Positions 25,001 through 32,000 of a DNA stretch of 32,000 nucleotides are shown one piece after another. Source of the stretch: Candidatus Parcubacteria bacterium. GTDB lineage: Bacteria > Patescibacteriota > Microgenomatia > UBA12405. The notes under the pieces were generated by a model. That model made no database searches, was not told where the DNA came from, and saw only the letters and a program-made list of their open reading frames with translations. Made by a program: the position numbers and the translations under genes. Numbering within the stretch: position 1 is the first letter of the stretch; each line of letters begins with the position of its first letter. The stretch covers positions 1 through 32,000 of the forward strand of contig JAEZTF010000010.1 in the NCBI GenBank assembly GCA_023443725.1, in the 5' to 3' direction.

Positions 25001-25505
25001 AGTAGTCTTCCCCAAATAAATCTTGAAATTCTTTGGCTCTAGATTTGGCTTTTTCATATTCACCGTCAATAACTAATTGGGCAATCTCTCCCTCGACACA
25101 AGCACTGTTACAAATTAAACCTTCGTGATATTTAACTAAAGTTTCCCAATCAATACGTGGTTTATAATAATAACCTTCAATATTAGCAATACTAACTAAA
25201 GTCATTAAGTTTTTATACCCTTGAGTATTTTTGGCAAGCAAGATTAAATGATTACTACGACGATTGTTGGGAGATTTGTCTAAACGGTTTGAAGTGGTAT
25301 ATATTTCACAACCAATAATTGGTTTTATTTCTGCTTTTTTACAAGCTTTGTAAAATTCAATTGCTCCATACATATTGCCATGATCAGTGATGGCAATAGA
25401 ATTCATCCCCATTTCTTTAACAGTATTAACTAAATTTTTTATTTTAGTTAATCCGTCTAATAAAGAATATTCTGTGTGAACATGAAGATGAACAAAATTA
25501 GACAT
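22083..25505 (-). CDS. dnaE: DNA polymerase III alpha subunit
   Basis: 1140 aa. N-terminal PHP 'FVHLHVHTEYSLLDG', palm/fingers 'PDIDLDI', 'FDILGIRNL', 'FNKAHAASY'. C-terminal OB region. Confidence 0.95.
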   Translation of the reverse strand: MSNFVHLHVHTEYSLLDGLTKIKNLVNTVKEMGMNSIAITDHGNMYGAIEFYKACKKAEIKPIIGCEIYTTSNRLDKSPNNRRSNHLILLAKNTQGYKNLMTLVSIANIEGYYYKPRIDWETLVKYHEGLICNSACVEGEIAQLVIDGEYEKAKSRAKEFQDLFGEDYYLEVMRHPKLDVQEIANKGLVKISRELGIPLVATNDAHYLKKEDAFAQDVLLMINTQSTINDTKRLSMMEAGDDFYIKSPQEMIDAFADLPDAIENTQKIADKCDLEIELGNWYFPKFKLPEGKTAEETLKDLVYEESKLHYGEISSEIKDRLEYELDVICSKGYAAYFLIMRDFIQWTEKNDTPTNTRGSAAGCLVAFVLGITSVDPLIYQLPFERFLNKDRPSPPDIDLDISDTKRQDMLYHIIDQYGKDAVAQICTFGRMMAKGAVRDTARVLGYEYAIGDKISKLIPMGSQGFPMSIDKALSTVPELSALYASDPDSKRIIDTAKQIESCARHISVHACAIVISPTTINEFSPTQLETGGDKTITQYEMHAAEDVGLIKFDILGIRNLSFLGESVLNVRRIKNIDINLRKIPLDDKKTFDMLSKGDTMGVFQLSGDGMTKWLKELKPNRVEDLMAMVALYRPGPMAIIPEYIARKSDPSKIEFFDPKMEKFLKSSYGLLVYQDDCLYTAIELAGYTWTEVDKFRKAIGKKIPEEMAAQKIKFIDGCINNGYTKEQAENVFKLIEPFTSYGFNKAHAASYGMLAYRTAYMKANYPVEYMCALLTAESGDSEKVTDGVEGCRKMGIIVAPPDINQSFSGFEIEENSKSLEGYAIRFGLSAIKNVGAAAIENIINERKENGPFVSFTDFCLRVDTQKINKRVLESLIKVGAMDQFGERNSILASIDKIRTDCEKLNTKKNNGQFSLFDKPTEDNDTKIVAPPDDFIKTEPMDENQRLHLEKELLGVFVTENPLVKILQSFEDLGLPNIEEVSRQTPNSNVKLAAVITKFRVIRTKKNNSKMAFATLSDSTGEIESVIFPKIFNDVESILAENKPFYIEGKINLREGEISILVDTITDKIPQSTSKYDFVIKIPDKTSQGQLMQLNKLLKDNPNGHRGLIILPNGKNIPLNYGVNYNQELKDQIDKLLLKKP

Positions 25506-25521
25506 AGATAGATTTTATCAG

Positions 25522-26406
25522 TTAAAGCATCTGTTCTAGAGCTTTAATTCTGTCTTCAATTGGGGGGTGAGTTGAAAACATAGAGGCAATTTTATTGCCT
25601 TTAAATGGATTAGTAATATAAAGAGAAGCGGTAGCAGTGGAAGCGGTTTCTAATTTTTGATTATCTGAAGATAATTTTTTTAAAGCATTAATTAAACTTT
25701 GTGGTTGTCTGGTAAGTTTTACGGCTGAAGCATCAGCAAAATACTCACGACGACGAGAAATAGCTAATTGAATAAGTTGGGCGATTATAGGGGCAAAAAT
25801 AACTAAAATAAAACCAATTATAGCTAATACACCGCCATTATTGTCATCATTATCACGACTATCTCTAAAAAAACTACTACGGTAAGCCATATTAATCAAA
25901 ATTGATAAAGTGCCGATTAAGACACTAACAATAGTCATTAGACGAATATCATAATTTTTGATGTGAGAAAGTTCATGAGCTATGACTGCTTCTAACTCGC
26001 TGCGGTTTAGTTTTTCTAAAAGTCCAGTGGTAGCACAAACTACAGCGTGGTCTGGATCTCTGCCAGTAGCAAAAGCATTCATGGCTGGACTATCGATGAC
26101 AAAAATTTTTGGAGTTGGAGTTTGATTTACTAAACTTAAGTTTTCAGTAACGGTATAAAAATTAAAAAATTCTTTTCTAGTGGCTGGTCTGGCTTGATTT
26201 AATGTAAGAACAATTTTATCTCCCCAAAAATAGCTACTAAATGAAGAGACTAAAGAAAAAATAACAGCAATGATTAATAATGATGAGTCGAGATTTAGAG
26301 AATAAGAAATTAAATAAACAGTAATACTAATAAATAGAATAAACAAAGAGATAATAATCCCTGATCTGATTTTGTTATTATTTATTTGTTCGTAGACATT
26401 GACCAT
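25522..26406 (-). CDS. htpX: Zinc metalloprotease HtpX (M48)
   Basis: 294 aa. TM helices plus 'HELSHIKNYD' (HExxH) and 'EYFADASA'. Confidence 0.9.
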   Translation of the reverse strand: MVNVYEQINNNKIRSGIIISLFILFISITVYLISYSLNLDSSLLIIAVIFSLVSSFSSYFWGDKIVLTLNQARPATRKEFFNFYTVTENLSLVNQTPTPKIFVIDSPAMNAFATGRDPDHAVVCATTGLLEKLNRSELEAVIAHELSHIKNYDIRLMTIVSVLIGTLSILINMAYRSSFFRDSRDNDDNNGGVLAIIGFILVIFAPIIAQLIQLAISRRREYFADASAVKLTRQPQSLINALKKLSSDNQKLETASTATASLYITNPFKGNKIASMFSTHPPIEDRIKALEQML

Positions 26407-26407
26407 T

Positions 26408-26986
26408 TTATAGAGTTACTTTTGGATTTTTCATTTCCTCATCTGTAACTTTGATTTGATCGGAATTGGTGGCAGTTTCTAAACCTTTTTCAGGTTTAAA
26501 ACCGAGAACAGAAGCAATCCAAACACCAGGAATAGTAACAATTGAACTATTATAGTCAGCGCTTAGATCAATTAAAGTTCGTCTGGCATACATAAGTTTG
26601 TCGGCAGTATCACGAAGTTCATCCATAAGATTGTTGACCAATCCAGAAGTTTGAATTTCTGGATTACTTTCCATAATCACTTTAAGTGAACTAATACCCT
26701 TGTTAATTAATTCTTGAGCTTTATCGATTTTTTTATTGTCTTGACTAGTAATGGCTTCATCGACACTTTTTCGAGCATTGGTAAGATCTTCAAAAATTCC
26801 TTTCTCATGTTTCATATATCCTTTAACGGAATCAACTAGATTAGGGATAAGATTGGCTTGTCGTTTGAGTTGGTTACCAATTTCTTGAACAGATGCTCCA
26901 ATTTGAACTTGAAGACGTTTGAGTTTGTTGTAAAAAGATAAAACAAATAAAGCTAAAATAATTATGAGTGCAAGAATATATATCAT
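26408..26986 (-). CDS. lemA: LemA family protein
   Basis: 192 aa. N-terminal TM segment and 'YNKLKRLQVQI...QLKRQANLIPNLVDSVKGYMKHE'. Confidence 0.85.
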   Translation of the reverse strand: MIYILALIIILALFVLSFYNKLKRLQVQIGASVQEIGNQLKRQANLIPNLVDSVKGYMKHEKGIFEDLTNARKSVDEAITSQDNKKIDKAQELINKGISSLKVIMESNPEIQTSGLVNNLMDELRDTADKLMYARRTLIDLSADYNSSIVTIPGVWIASVLGFKPEKGLETATNSDQIKVTDEEMKNPKVTL

Positions 26987-26995
26987 TTAAATAAA

Positions 26996-28042
26996 TTAAA
27001 CTTTAACTTTTTCATTATAGCATTTTTGAGCGGTTTCAATTTCTTTTTCGCCGGTTCTAGATTGTGGTTCTATAAATCTAAGTTTAAGAAAATTATAAAG
27101 CTTTTCTTCAGTATCAAAAGTATTAGTTTTACCTGTTTTAAGGTCTTTTATGCCATATTCTGAAATAGATAAACCCAAAGACAAAGCATATTTTCGAAGT
27201 AAAATATTGTGTTGTCTTGAGCCAGTAAAATGTTGAACTAAAGAAGCAAAGTTTTTACTTGGCTGAACCATGATATCAACTCTAATATCGGGATAAATTT
27301 TTATAGAAGCTTTTTTGGTGCCGATATCTAAAGTTTGGATATTATCGGGATAAGATATAAAGTGCTCTAAAATTGGTCTAGAATCATTTGATTTGGCAGC
27401 TATATCAATATCACCAACAGTTGAACTTTGGCGACGAAGACTACCTAAAGCGACAAACTCAATTTGAGGAAATTTTTGTTTTAAAAAAACAATAATTTTA
27501 TCGGCTATCATTTTAGCTTCACTGTATTTCATCCGACGAGATTGACCTAAAAAAGCCAAACTGTTTTCTAAAATAACTTTTTCTGATTTTTCTCCAAAAT
27601 GAGGCCAATTTCTAATTTTCTGATTTTGAGCATATTCAATTAACTGGTTGACAGAAACTAAGGGATTTTTAGAAAATTTTAATTTTTTAGTCAGGGTGTA
27701 GGCAATTTTTGGTCCGATACTATTTATTTTAGTAAAAGTAAAAACGGCAGGATGAATGTTTTTAAAAGCTTTAATAATATCGGGATGTAATTTATTTTTT
27801 TCGAGTAAGTAAGATATTTTTTTAAAAATATTTGGGCCGATACCAGGGATATTATCAACTAAACTAGGATCTTTTTGGTAAAGTTTTTGGATAGACTTTG
27901 GATAACTAATGATAGTTTCTGCAGCGTCTTGATAAGATTTGATTCGAAAATAATCTTTACCTTTGATTTCGTAGGCGGTGGCAATATTTTGAAGAATTTC
28001 AGCTATATCAGAATTGGAATAGATTTTAGATCTATTAATCAC
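26996..28042 (-). CDS. Family X DNA polymerase, core only (no C-terminal PHP domain)
   Basis: 348 aa. 'IAEILQNIATAYEIKGKDYFRIKSYQDAAETI' (HhH N-terminus), 'IPGIGP', nucleotidyltransferase 'GSLRRQSSTVGDIDI'. Confidence 0.8.
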   Translation of the reverse strand: MINRSKIYSNSDIAEILQNIATAYEIKGKDYFRIKSYQDAAETIISYPKSIQKLYQKDPSLVDNIPGIGPNIFKKISYLLEKNKLHPDIIKAFKNIHPAVFTFTKINSIGPKIAYTLTKKLKFSKNPLVSVNQLIEYAQNQKIRNWPHFGEKSEKVILENSLAFLGQSRRMKYSEAKMIADKIIVFLKQKFPQIEFVALGSLRRQSSTVGDIDIAAKSNDSRPILEHFISYPDNIQTLDIGTKKASIKIYPDIRVDIMVQPSKNFASLVQHFTGSRQHNILLRKYALSLGLSISEYGIKDLKTGKTNTFDTEEKLYNFLKLRFIEPQSRTGEKEIETAQKCYNEKVKV

Positions 28043-28113
28043 ACTTATTATTATAAATCATTGTTTTGAATTAAAAGTTTTGATATAGTATCTATACTTT
28101 AAGACCGACTTAA

Positions 28114-28187
28114 GGGCTCGTGGTGCAGCGGTCTAGCACATCCGCCTGTCACGCGGAAGATCGTGGGTTCGAATCCCATCGGGCCCG
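28114..28187 (+). tRNA. tRNA-Asp (anticodon GUC)
   Basis: Cloverleaf: acceptor GGGCTCG/CGGGCCC, D GTGC/GCAC, anticodon stem TCCGC/GCGGA with loop CTGTCAC, T GTGGG-TTCGAAT-CCCAT, discriminator G. 74 nt, no encoded CCA. Confidence 0.95.
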
Positions 28188-28197
28188 CAAAGTAATT

Positions 28198-28218
28198 AAT
28201 CCCCTATTTTAGGGGATT
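28198..28218 (+). terminator. Hairpin terminator after tRNA-Asp (copy 0 of the cassette hairpin)
   Basis: AATCCCCT-ATTTT-AGGGGATT, 8-bp stem. It also lies just 3' of the convergent ORF 28239..28973. Confidence 0.6.
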
Positions 28219-28238
28219 AATTAATGATGGTAGTGAAA

Positions 28239-28973
28239 CTATTTTCCTAAAAATATATCTAATAAACTTCGTCTTGTTTTAGGTTTGGCTCCGTATTCTG
28301 TTTTTAAATATTCAAATCCTTTTGGAATATGTGGATCTGGTATATGTGGTGAACAATCTCGATCAGCTGTTTCTACTAATTTTGTTAAAAGACCTGGTTT
28401 AGAGAGAAGTATTGGTTCAATTTTTGAATAATCACGTCTCTTGGAACAATCTTCTAATAATATTTGATGTAACTTATCTTTATCTTCTTCATTTTCTGCT
28501 AAAGGTATTAATATTGATTTTTCTGCGTAATCTCTAGCAATAAAAATAGATAAACAATCCGTACTAATTATTAAATATGGTCTTGTGTCAAATGCTTTTT
28601 CGTCTGTTGAATCTGGGTTTCCCTTATCATCACAATAAGATTGTGGAGGTATATAACTTATAGTATGGGTATGTAATTTGTATTGGGGTTTTAAATGTGT
28701 ATTTTTTTTAAATTCTTCAAAATCTTTAGGGCTTTTCTCTATCTCTCCAATTTTCCAAACTTGATCTCTTATTTCTTGAAGTGTAGTTGATATTCCTAAT
28801 TTATCTAACAATTCAAATCCAGGTAAAATTTCACTTCTGTAACGTTCTTCTAATTTAATAATTACTTCTCTTTCTTTTGTTTGTTTAGATAATAATTGAG
28901 CATCTTTTTCATTTCTATCATTTTCGGCTTGTTGTTGTAAAAAATTAATTCTTTCGCTTTCCCAGTTTGTCAT
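28239..28973 (-). CDS. Cassette protein A, unknown function (paralog of 29150..29884)
   Basis: 244 aa. Shares MTNW start, an alignable N-terminal region of about 90 aa (..LL.., IP.F..LD, L.EI.DQV, PKDF) and an identical C-terminal RRSLLDIFLGK with cassette B. No known domain recognised. Confidence 0.6.
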   Translation of the reverse strand: MTNWESERINFLQQQAENDRNEKDAQLLSKQTKEREVIIKLEERYRSEILPGFELLDKLGISTTLQEIRDQVWKIGEIEKSPKDFEEFKKNTHLKPQYKLHTHTISYIPPQSYCDDKGNPDSTDEKAFDTRPYLIISTDCLSIFIARDYAEKSILIPLAENEEDKDKLHQILLEDCSKRRDYSKIEPILLSKPGLLTKLVETADRDCSPHIPDPHIPKGFEYLKTEYGAKPKTRRSLLDIFLGK

Positions 28974-28980
28974 TTTTTAT

Positions 28981-29102
28981 TTATCGTTATTTAACGGATA
29001 ATATCGAGTATATTACTTTTTTCTACTTTTTCAATATAGAAATGTTACTTTTGAGATCAAAATCTATCAAAAACGTTCCAACTTCGTCCCACACGGCCCG
29101 TA
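28981..29102. repeat. Cassette arm copy 1: promoter/5'UTR of cassette A plus degenerate tRNA-Asp 3' end (29083-29102)
   Basis: 118/120 identical to 29891-30010. TTCGTCCCACACGGCCCG matches the tRNA T-loop/acceptor 3' strand at 17 of 22 aligned positions. Confidence 0.85.
29007..29034 (-). promoter_or_regulatory. Sigma-70-like promoter of cassette A
   Basis: Minus strand TTGAAA (29034-29029), a 16-nt spacer, then TATACT (29012-29007), about 35 nt upstream of the ATG at 28973. The same sequence recurs at 29917-29944 and 30635-30662. Confidence 0.5.
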
Positions 29103-29110
29103 AATGAATT

Positions 29111-29129
29111 ATCCCCTATCTTAGGGGAT
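29111..29129. terminator. Cassette hairpin copy 1
   Basis: ATCCCCT-ATCTT-AGGGGAT followed by T7 on the plus strand. Lies 3' of ORF 29150..29884. Confidence 0.55.
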
Positions 29130-29149
29130 TTTTTTGTGTGTTGGTAAAA

Positions 29150-29884
29150 TTATTTTCCTAAGAATATATCTAATAAACTTCGTCTTTGTTTTTGTCGTTG
29201 TAGTTGATTGTATCTTAACAGTAAATCTTTGCGCGAATTGACATATTCTCTACGTCTGATTAATACTGAGCAATATTCTACCAAATGATTTTTAATTAAT
29301 TCATTTATTTCTTCTACTGTGTTTTTATTAAGTTCAATATGAATACCACTTATTTCTAAATAAGTCCCATCAGATACTACCTTAATTGTTTCGTACCCTT
29401 CCTTGACATATTCACTCTCAACACCATCTCCGTCTGTACTTGAGTAATAGATTAGTCTTTTTGGTCCGGCTAATACATATGTTGCATGTGGACAATTTTG
29501 ACCAATATCTCTTTTATCTTCTTCGGTTAAATCAAAATTATTGTTTGGTGGTAAATTATCGAATTTTGTTATAAAACGATGATAGGAACTATCCCATATA
29601 TCACGTAATGATAATTCTTTATGTTGATTAAAATCTTTTGGGGTTTTTATTATTTGACCTCCACCAAGAACTTGATCTTTTATTTCGCTTAGTCTTTCAG
29701 GGATATGAAAACTATCTAAAATATGAAAACTAGGAATCACTCTGTTTTCATAGTTTATTTTTAGTTCGTTGATAATTTGATTTTCTCTTCGTTCATTACC
29801 TCTTAATAATTGAGTCTGTCCGGTTTGAAATTCAGTTTGTTCTTGAGCTCTTAGTCTTGTTATTTCAGCATTCCAGTTTGTCAT
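29150..29884 (-). CDS. Cassette protein B, unknown function (paralog of 28239..28973)
   Basis: 244 aa, the same length as A. Same MTNW start and RRSLLDIFLGK end. The central and C-terminal body is not alignable by eye. Confidence 0.6.
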   Translation of the reverse strand: MTNWNAEITRLRAQEQTEFQTGQTQLLRGNERRENQIINELKINYENRVIPSFHILDSFHIPERLSEIKDQVLGGGQIIKTPKDFNQHKELSLRDIWDSSYHRFITKFDNLPPNNNFDLTEEDKRDIGQNCPHATYVLAGPKRLIYYSSTDGDGVESEYVKEGYETIKVVSDGTYLEISGIHIELNKNTVEEINELIKNHLVEYCSVLIRRREYVNSRKDLLLRYNQLQRQKQRRSLLDIFLGK

Positions 29885-29890
29885 TTTTTT

Positions 29891-30012
29891 TTATCGTTAT
29901 TTAATGGATGATATCGAGTATATTACTTTTTTCTACTTTTTCAATATAGAAATGTTACTTTTGAGATCAAAATCTATCAAAAACGTTCCAACTTCGTCCC
30001 ACACGGCCCGCA
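29891..30012. repeat. Cassette arm copy 2: promoter/5'UTR of cassette B plus degenerate tRNA-Asp 3' end (29993-30012)
   Basis: See copy 1. In addition, 30005-30041 is 37/37 identical to 28182-28218 (tRNA 3' end + spacer + hairpin). Confidence 0.85.
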
Positions 30013-30020
30013 AAGTAATT

Positions 30021-30041
30021 AATCCCCTATTTTAGGGGATT
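30021..30041. terminator. Cassette hairpin copy 2
   Basis: AATCCCCT-ATTTT-AGGGGATT followed by a T-run on the plus strand. Lies 3' of ORF 30055..30609. Confidence 0.55.
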
Positions 30042-30054
30042 TTTTAATGAAATC

Positions 30055-30609
30055 TTATGGATATTTAAGAAAATCAACTGATCCAGTTTTTTCTATTCTT
30101 TGATTATGTTTAAAAATCGCAATAACGGTAGCTAATTCGTTTAGAACTTCATTTCTTTGTGATATCATTTTTGCACGCATATCATAATGAGAACAGGTTT
30201 CTCCTTTGTTTTCCCACCAACAAGTATTGTCTTCTACGCTTCTATTGTAACAACCAACTTGGTAACCGACTTGAGTTTTTACAACTCCTATTGCTTCTTT
30301 TGTAATATTAAAGTAACCGCTATAATCACCACTACCTTCAATCCAATGTTTGCAGTCTGTGTACACTAAAAAATAACCAGGGAACGAAAATGATGCCCCA
30401 GTTTCTATATGAATTGGTTTATCTGAATTCCCTTTTATAGTTATAATTCCTTTATCAATTACTTCTTGAAAAGCTGATACTACACCAAGATCAGTAAGGT
30501 CTTTTTGTGCTTCTGTAATATTTCTTTGTGATTCATTTCCACAAACACCGTTAATATTTTGTTGGGCGGAATTAACTCGATCAAGAAAACTAGGTCTTTC
30601 TGTAGGCAT
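30055..30609 (-). CDS. Cassette protein C, unknown function (unrelated to A/B by eye)
   Basis: 184 aa, Cys/Trp/Gly-rich ('CWWENKGETCSHYD'). Driven by the same conserved arm as A and B. No family recognised. Confidence 0.55.
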   Translation of the reverse strand: MPTERPSFLDRVNSAQQNINGVCGNESQRNITEAQKDLTDLGVVSAFQEVIDKGIITIKGNSDKPIHIETGASFSFPGYFLVYTDCKHWIEGSGDYSGYFNITKEAIGVVKTQVGYQVGCYNRSVEDNTCWWENKGETCSHYDMRAKMISQRNEVLNELATVIAIFKHNQRIEKTGSVDFLKYP

Positions 30610-30614
30610 TTTGT

Positions 30615-30705
30615 TTATTTAACGGATAATATCGAGTATATTACTTTTTTCTACTTTTTCAATATAGAAATATTACTTTTGCGATCAAAATCTATCAAAA
30701 AACGT
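30615..30705. repeat. Cassette arm copy 3 (promoter/5'UTR of cassette C; no tRNA-like end)
   Basis: About 91 nt matching copies 1 and 2 with 2 substitutions and 1 single-base indel. Similarity stops exactly at ...ATCAAAAAACGT. Confidence 0.8.
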
Positions 30706-30749
30706 ACTATATTTATTTAATTATCTATTTCGTAGTTGTATAATTTGGA

Positions 30750-31172
30750 ATGGAGATAGAAATATTAAAAAAGTCGGATATAGAATCATATAAAGCGTTA
30801 ATCGATGAATGTTTTGATGGAAGTAATAGTATTTCTGAATATGAAAAATACGACACAGAAGCTAATTATAAAATTATAGTGGCGAAAAATGGAAATAAAG
30901 TTGTTGGAAGTGTTACTTTTTACAAATTAGATTTGTTTACTTTTTCTTTTCAACCAGCATTAGAAGTTTTTAATGTGGCAGTATTAAAAGAATATCGAGG
31001 TCAAAAAATTGCTAAAAAACTTTTTGAATATGTTATTGATTATGCCAAGAAAAATGGTTACAAATCGATAAATTTGACTTGTTTAGATACGGCTATATCG
31101 GCTCATAAACTTTATGAAAGTATTGGTTTTGTAAAAGCTAGTAGCATTAAATATAATTTTTATTTAAAATAG
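30750..31172 (+). CDS. GNAT family N-acetyltransferase
   Basis: 140 aa. 'VAVLKEYRGQKIAKKLFEYVIDYAKKNGY' is the acetyl-CoA binding motif A (R/Q-x-x-G-x-A/G type). Confidence 0.85.
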   Translation: MEIEILKKSDIESYKALIDECFDGSNSISEYEKYDTEANYKIIVAKNGNKVVGSVTFYKLDLFTFSFQPALEVFNVAVLKEYRGQKIAKKLFEYVIDYAKKNGYKSINLTCLDTAISAHKLYESIGFVKASSIKYNFYLK

Positions 31173-31203
31173 TTTTTATTTTAGTTTTTTATTCTAAAGA
31201 AAA

Positions 31204-31229
31204 GCCGTATAAATAGGTATTTATACGGC
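31204..31229. terminator. Bidirectional hairpin between convergent genes
   Basis: GCCGTATAAATA-GG-TATTTATACGGC, perfect 12-nt inverted repeat between the GNAT stop and the stop of 31250..31642. Confidence 0.6.
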
Positions 31230-31249
31230 GTGGGTGCCAAAAAAGAGTG

Positions 31250-31642
31250 TTAATTTTGTTCAGGTGAAACGAATGATGCTTTGGCTTCTTCGTAATAAAA
31301 AGATAGGTTTGGATCTGCACATTTGTCAATGTCTTTGGTAATCATTTCCAATCTGACATCGGACTTGGCGGTGGCGATGAACTGTTGGAGAATGAAAATT
31401 GCCAGATTATTGTTTTCTTCGGAGTCGATAGCTGGATGATCTATGAAATTGGTTTTAATAATTCCAAGATCGGTTTCGTCTGTTGTTTGACTGGTGATTT
31501 CTTTGACTTTGTCGTAGAAAGCCATAATCGTTTTGGGATTTTTTTTACAGACCCTTAGTTCTGGAATCAGTCCGACAATTTCTACTACAGTTTTGGCGGC
31601 TTCAATCTTACTTTTCAACATTTTAAACACACTCCTTTTCAA
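31250..31642 (-). CDS. Hypothetical protein
   Basis: 130 aa ORF with ordinary amino-acid composition. No motif recognised. Confidence 0.45.
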   Translation of the reverse strand: MKRSVFKMLKSKIEAAKTVVEIVGLIPELRVCKKNPKTIMAFYDKVKEITSQTTDETDLGIIKTNFIDHPAIDSEENNNLAIFILQQFIATAKSDVRLEMITKDIDKCADPNLSFYYEEAKASFVSPEQN

Positions 31643-31747
31643 TGTTCTTTCTTACTTTTTTGAAAAACGCTATCGTTCTTCGGGGTAATCGGATTATAAC
31701 ACTCAAAGTGATTTACTTAAAAAAAATGAATAAAGTATAATGTAGCC

Positions 31748-32000
31748 ATGATTAAATTTATTTATTTTGACTTTGGGGCGGTATTAGTTAATTATGATAA
31801 TGTTTTTACAAAAGTTTGTAATGATTTTGGTTTAGACAAAAATGAATTTAAAAATTTTTATAACAATTTTGTAGATGAAATGGATGTGGGTAAGGATAGT
31901 GTTGATGGATTTTGGAAAAAATGTGTGGAAAATTTTAATCTCAATAATGGTTTAAATTATAAATTGGCAAAATCTTGGGTGTCGGATTATAAAATTATTA
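31748..32000 (+). CDS. HAD-superfamily hydrolase-like protein, 5' partial (runs off the window)
   Basis: Hand translation MIKFIYFDFGAVLVNYDN... resembles HAD motif I of the FDxGxVL subtype. The frame is open to the window end. Confidence 0.45.
   Translation, partial: MIKFIYFDFGAVLVNYDNVFTKVCNDFGLDKNEFKNFYNNFVDEMDVGKDSVDGFWKKCVENFNLNNGLNYKLAKSWVSDYKII

Noticed and set aside
28981-30705. Regularly spaced near-identical repeats, considered as a CRISPR-like array.
   Set aside because: The repeats are about 90-120 bp and spaced 910 bp apart. The intervening spacers are full protein-coding genes with promoters, there are no cas genes, and the repeat contains a promoter.

Overview
Visibly AT-rich, densely coding bacterial sequence. 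The gene content suggests a reduced-genome, fatty-acid-scavenging organism, and CPR/Patescibacteria-like is a low-confidence guess. The window has three zones. (1) 1-14.8 kb is accessory DNA. It holds a mobile/replicon module (HTH-less serine recombinase, CHC2-Toprim primase, two hypothetical proteins, and an intergenic region with 11-bp phased A-tract repeats). It also holds three membrane/secreted proteins and an XRE regulator. Next comes a four-gene, translationally coupled minus-strand operon: hsdR, a fused hsdM-hsdS, an 880-aa PHP-phosphoesterase/coiled-coil ABC ATPase, and a 414-aa DUF2130-like coiled-coil PD-(D/E)xK protein. The zone ends with two divergent mini-ORFs around a perfect palindrome, a GIY-YIG nuclease, and a tRNA-Asp-derived relic at the accessory/core boundary. 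(2) 14.8-28.1 kb is core housekeeping: plsY paralog, fakA-like gene, membrane protein, plsY, ung, buk, lgt, DUF218, tRNA-Lys, rplS, dnaE, htpX, lemA and a minimal PolX. (3) 28.1-30.7 kb has tRNA-Asp followed by three tandem cassettes of about 910 bp. Each cassette has a copy of the tRNA terminator hairpin, one minus-strand ORF of unknown function, and a near-identical promoter/5'UTR arm of about 90-120 bp. Degenerate copies of the tRNA 3' end sit at the two internal junctions. A GNAT gene, a hypothetical gene and a partial HAD-like gene follow. The two best candidates for something undescribed are the R-M-linked PHP-ABC ATPase + DUF2130 pair and the tRNA-Asp-anchored cassette array. In that array the non-coding arms are far better conserved than the coding bodies. 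All calls rest on motif reading by eye; no searches were run.
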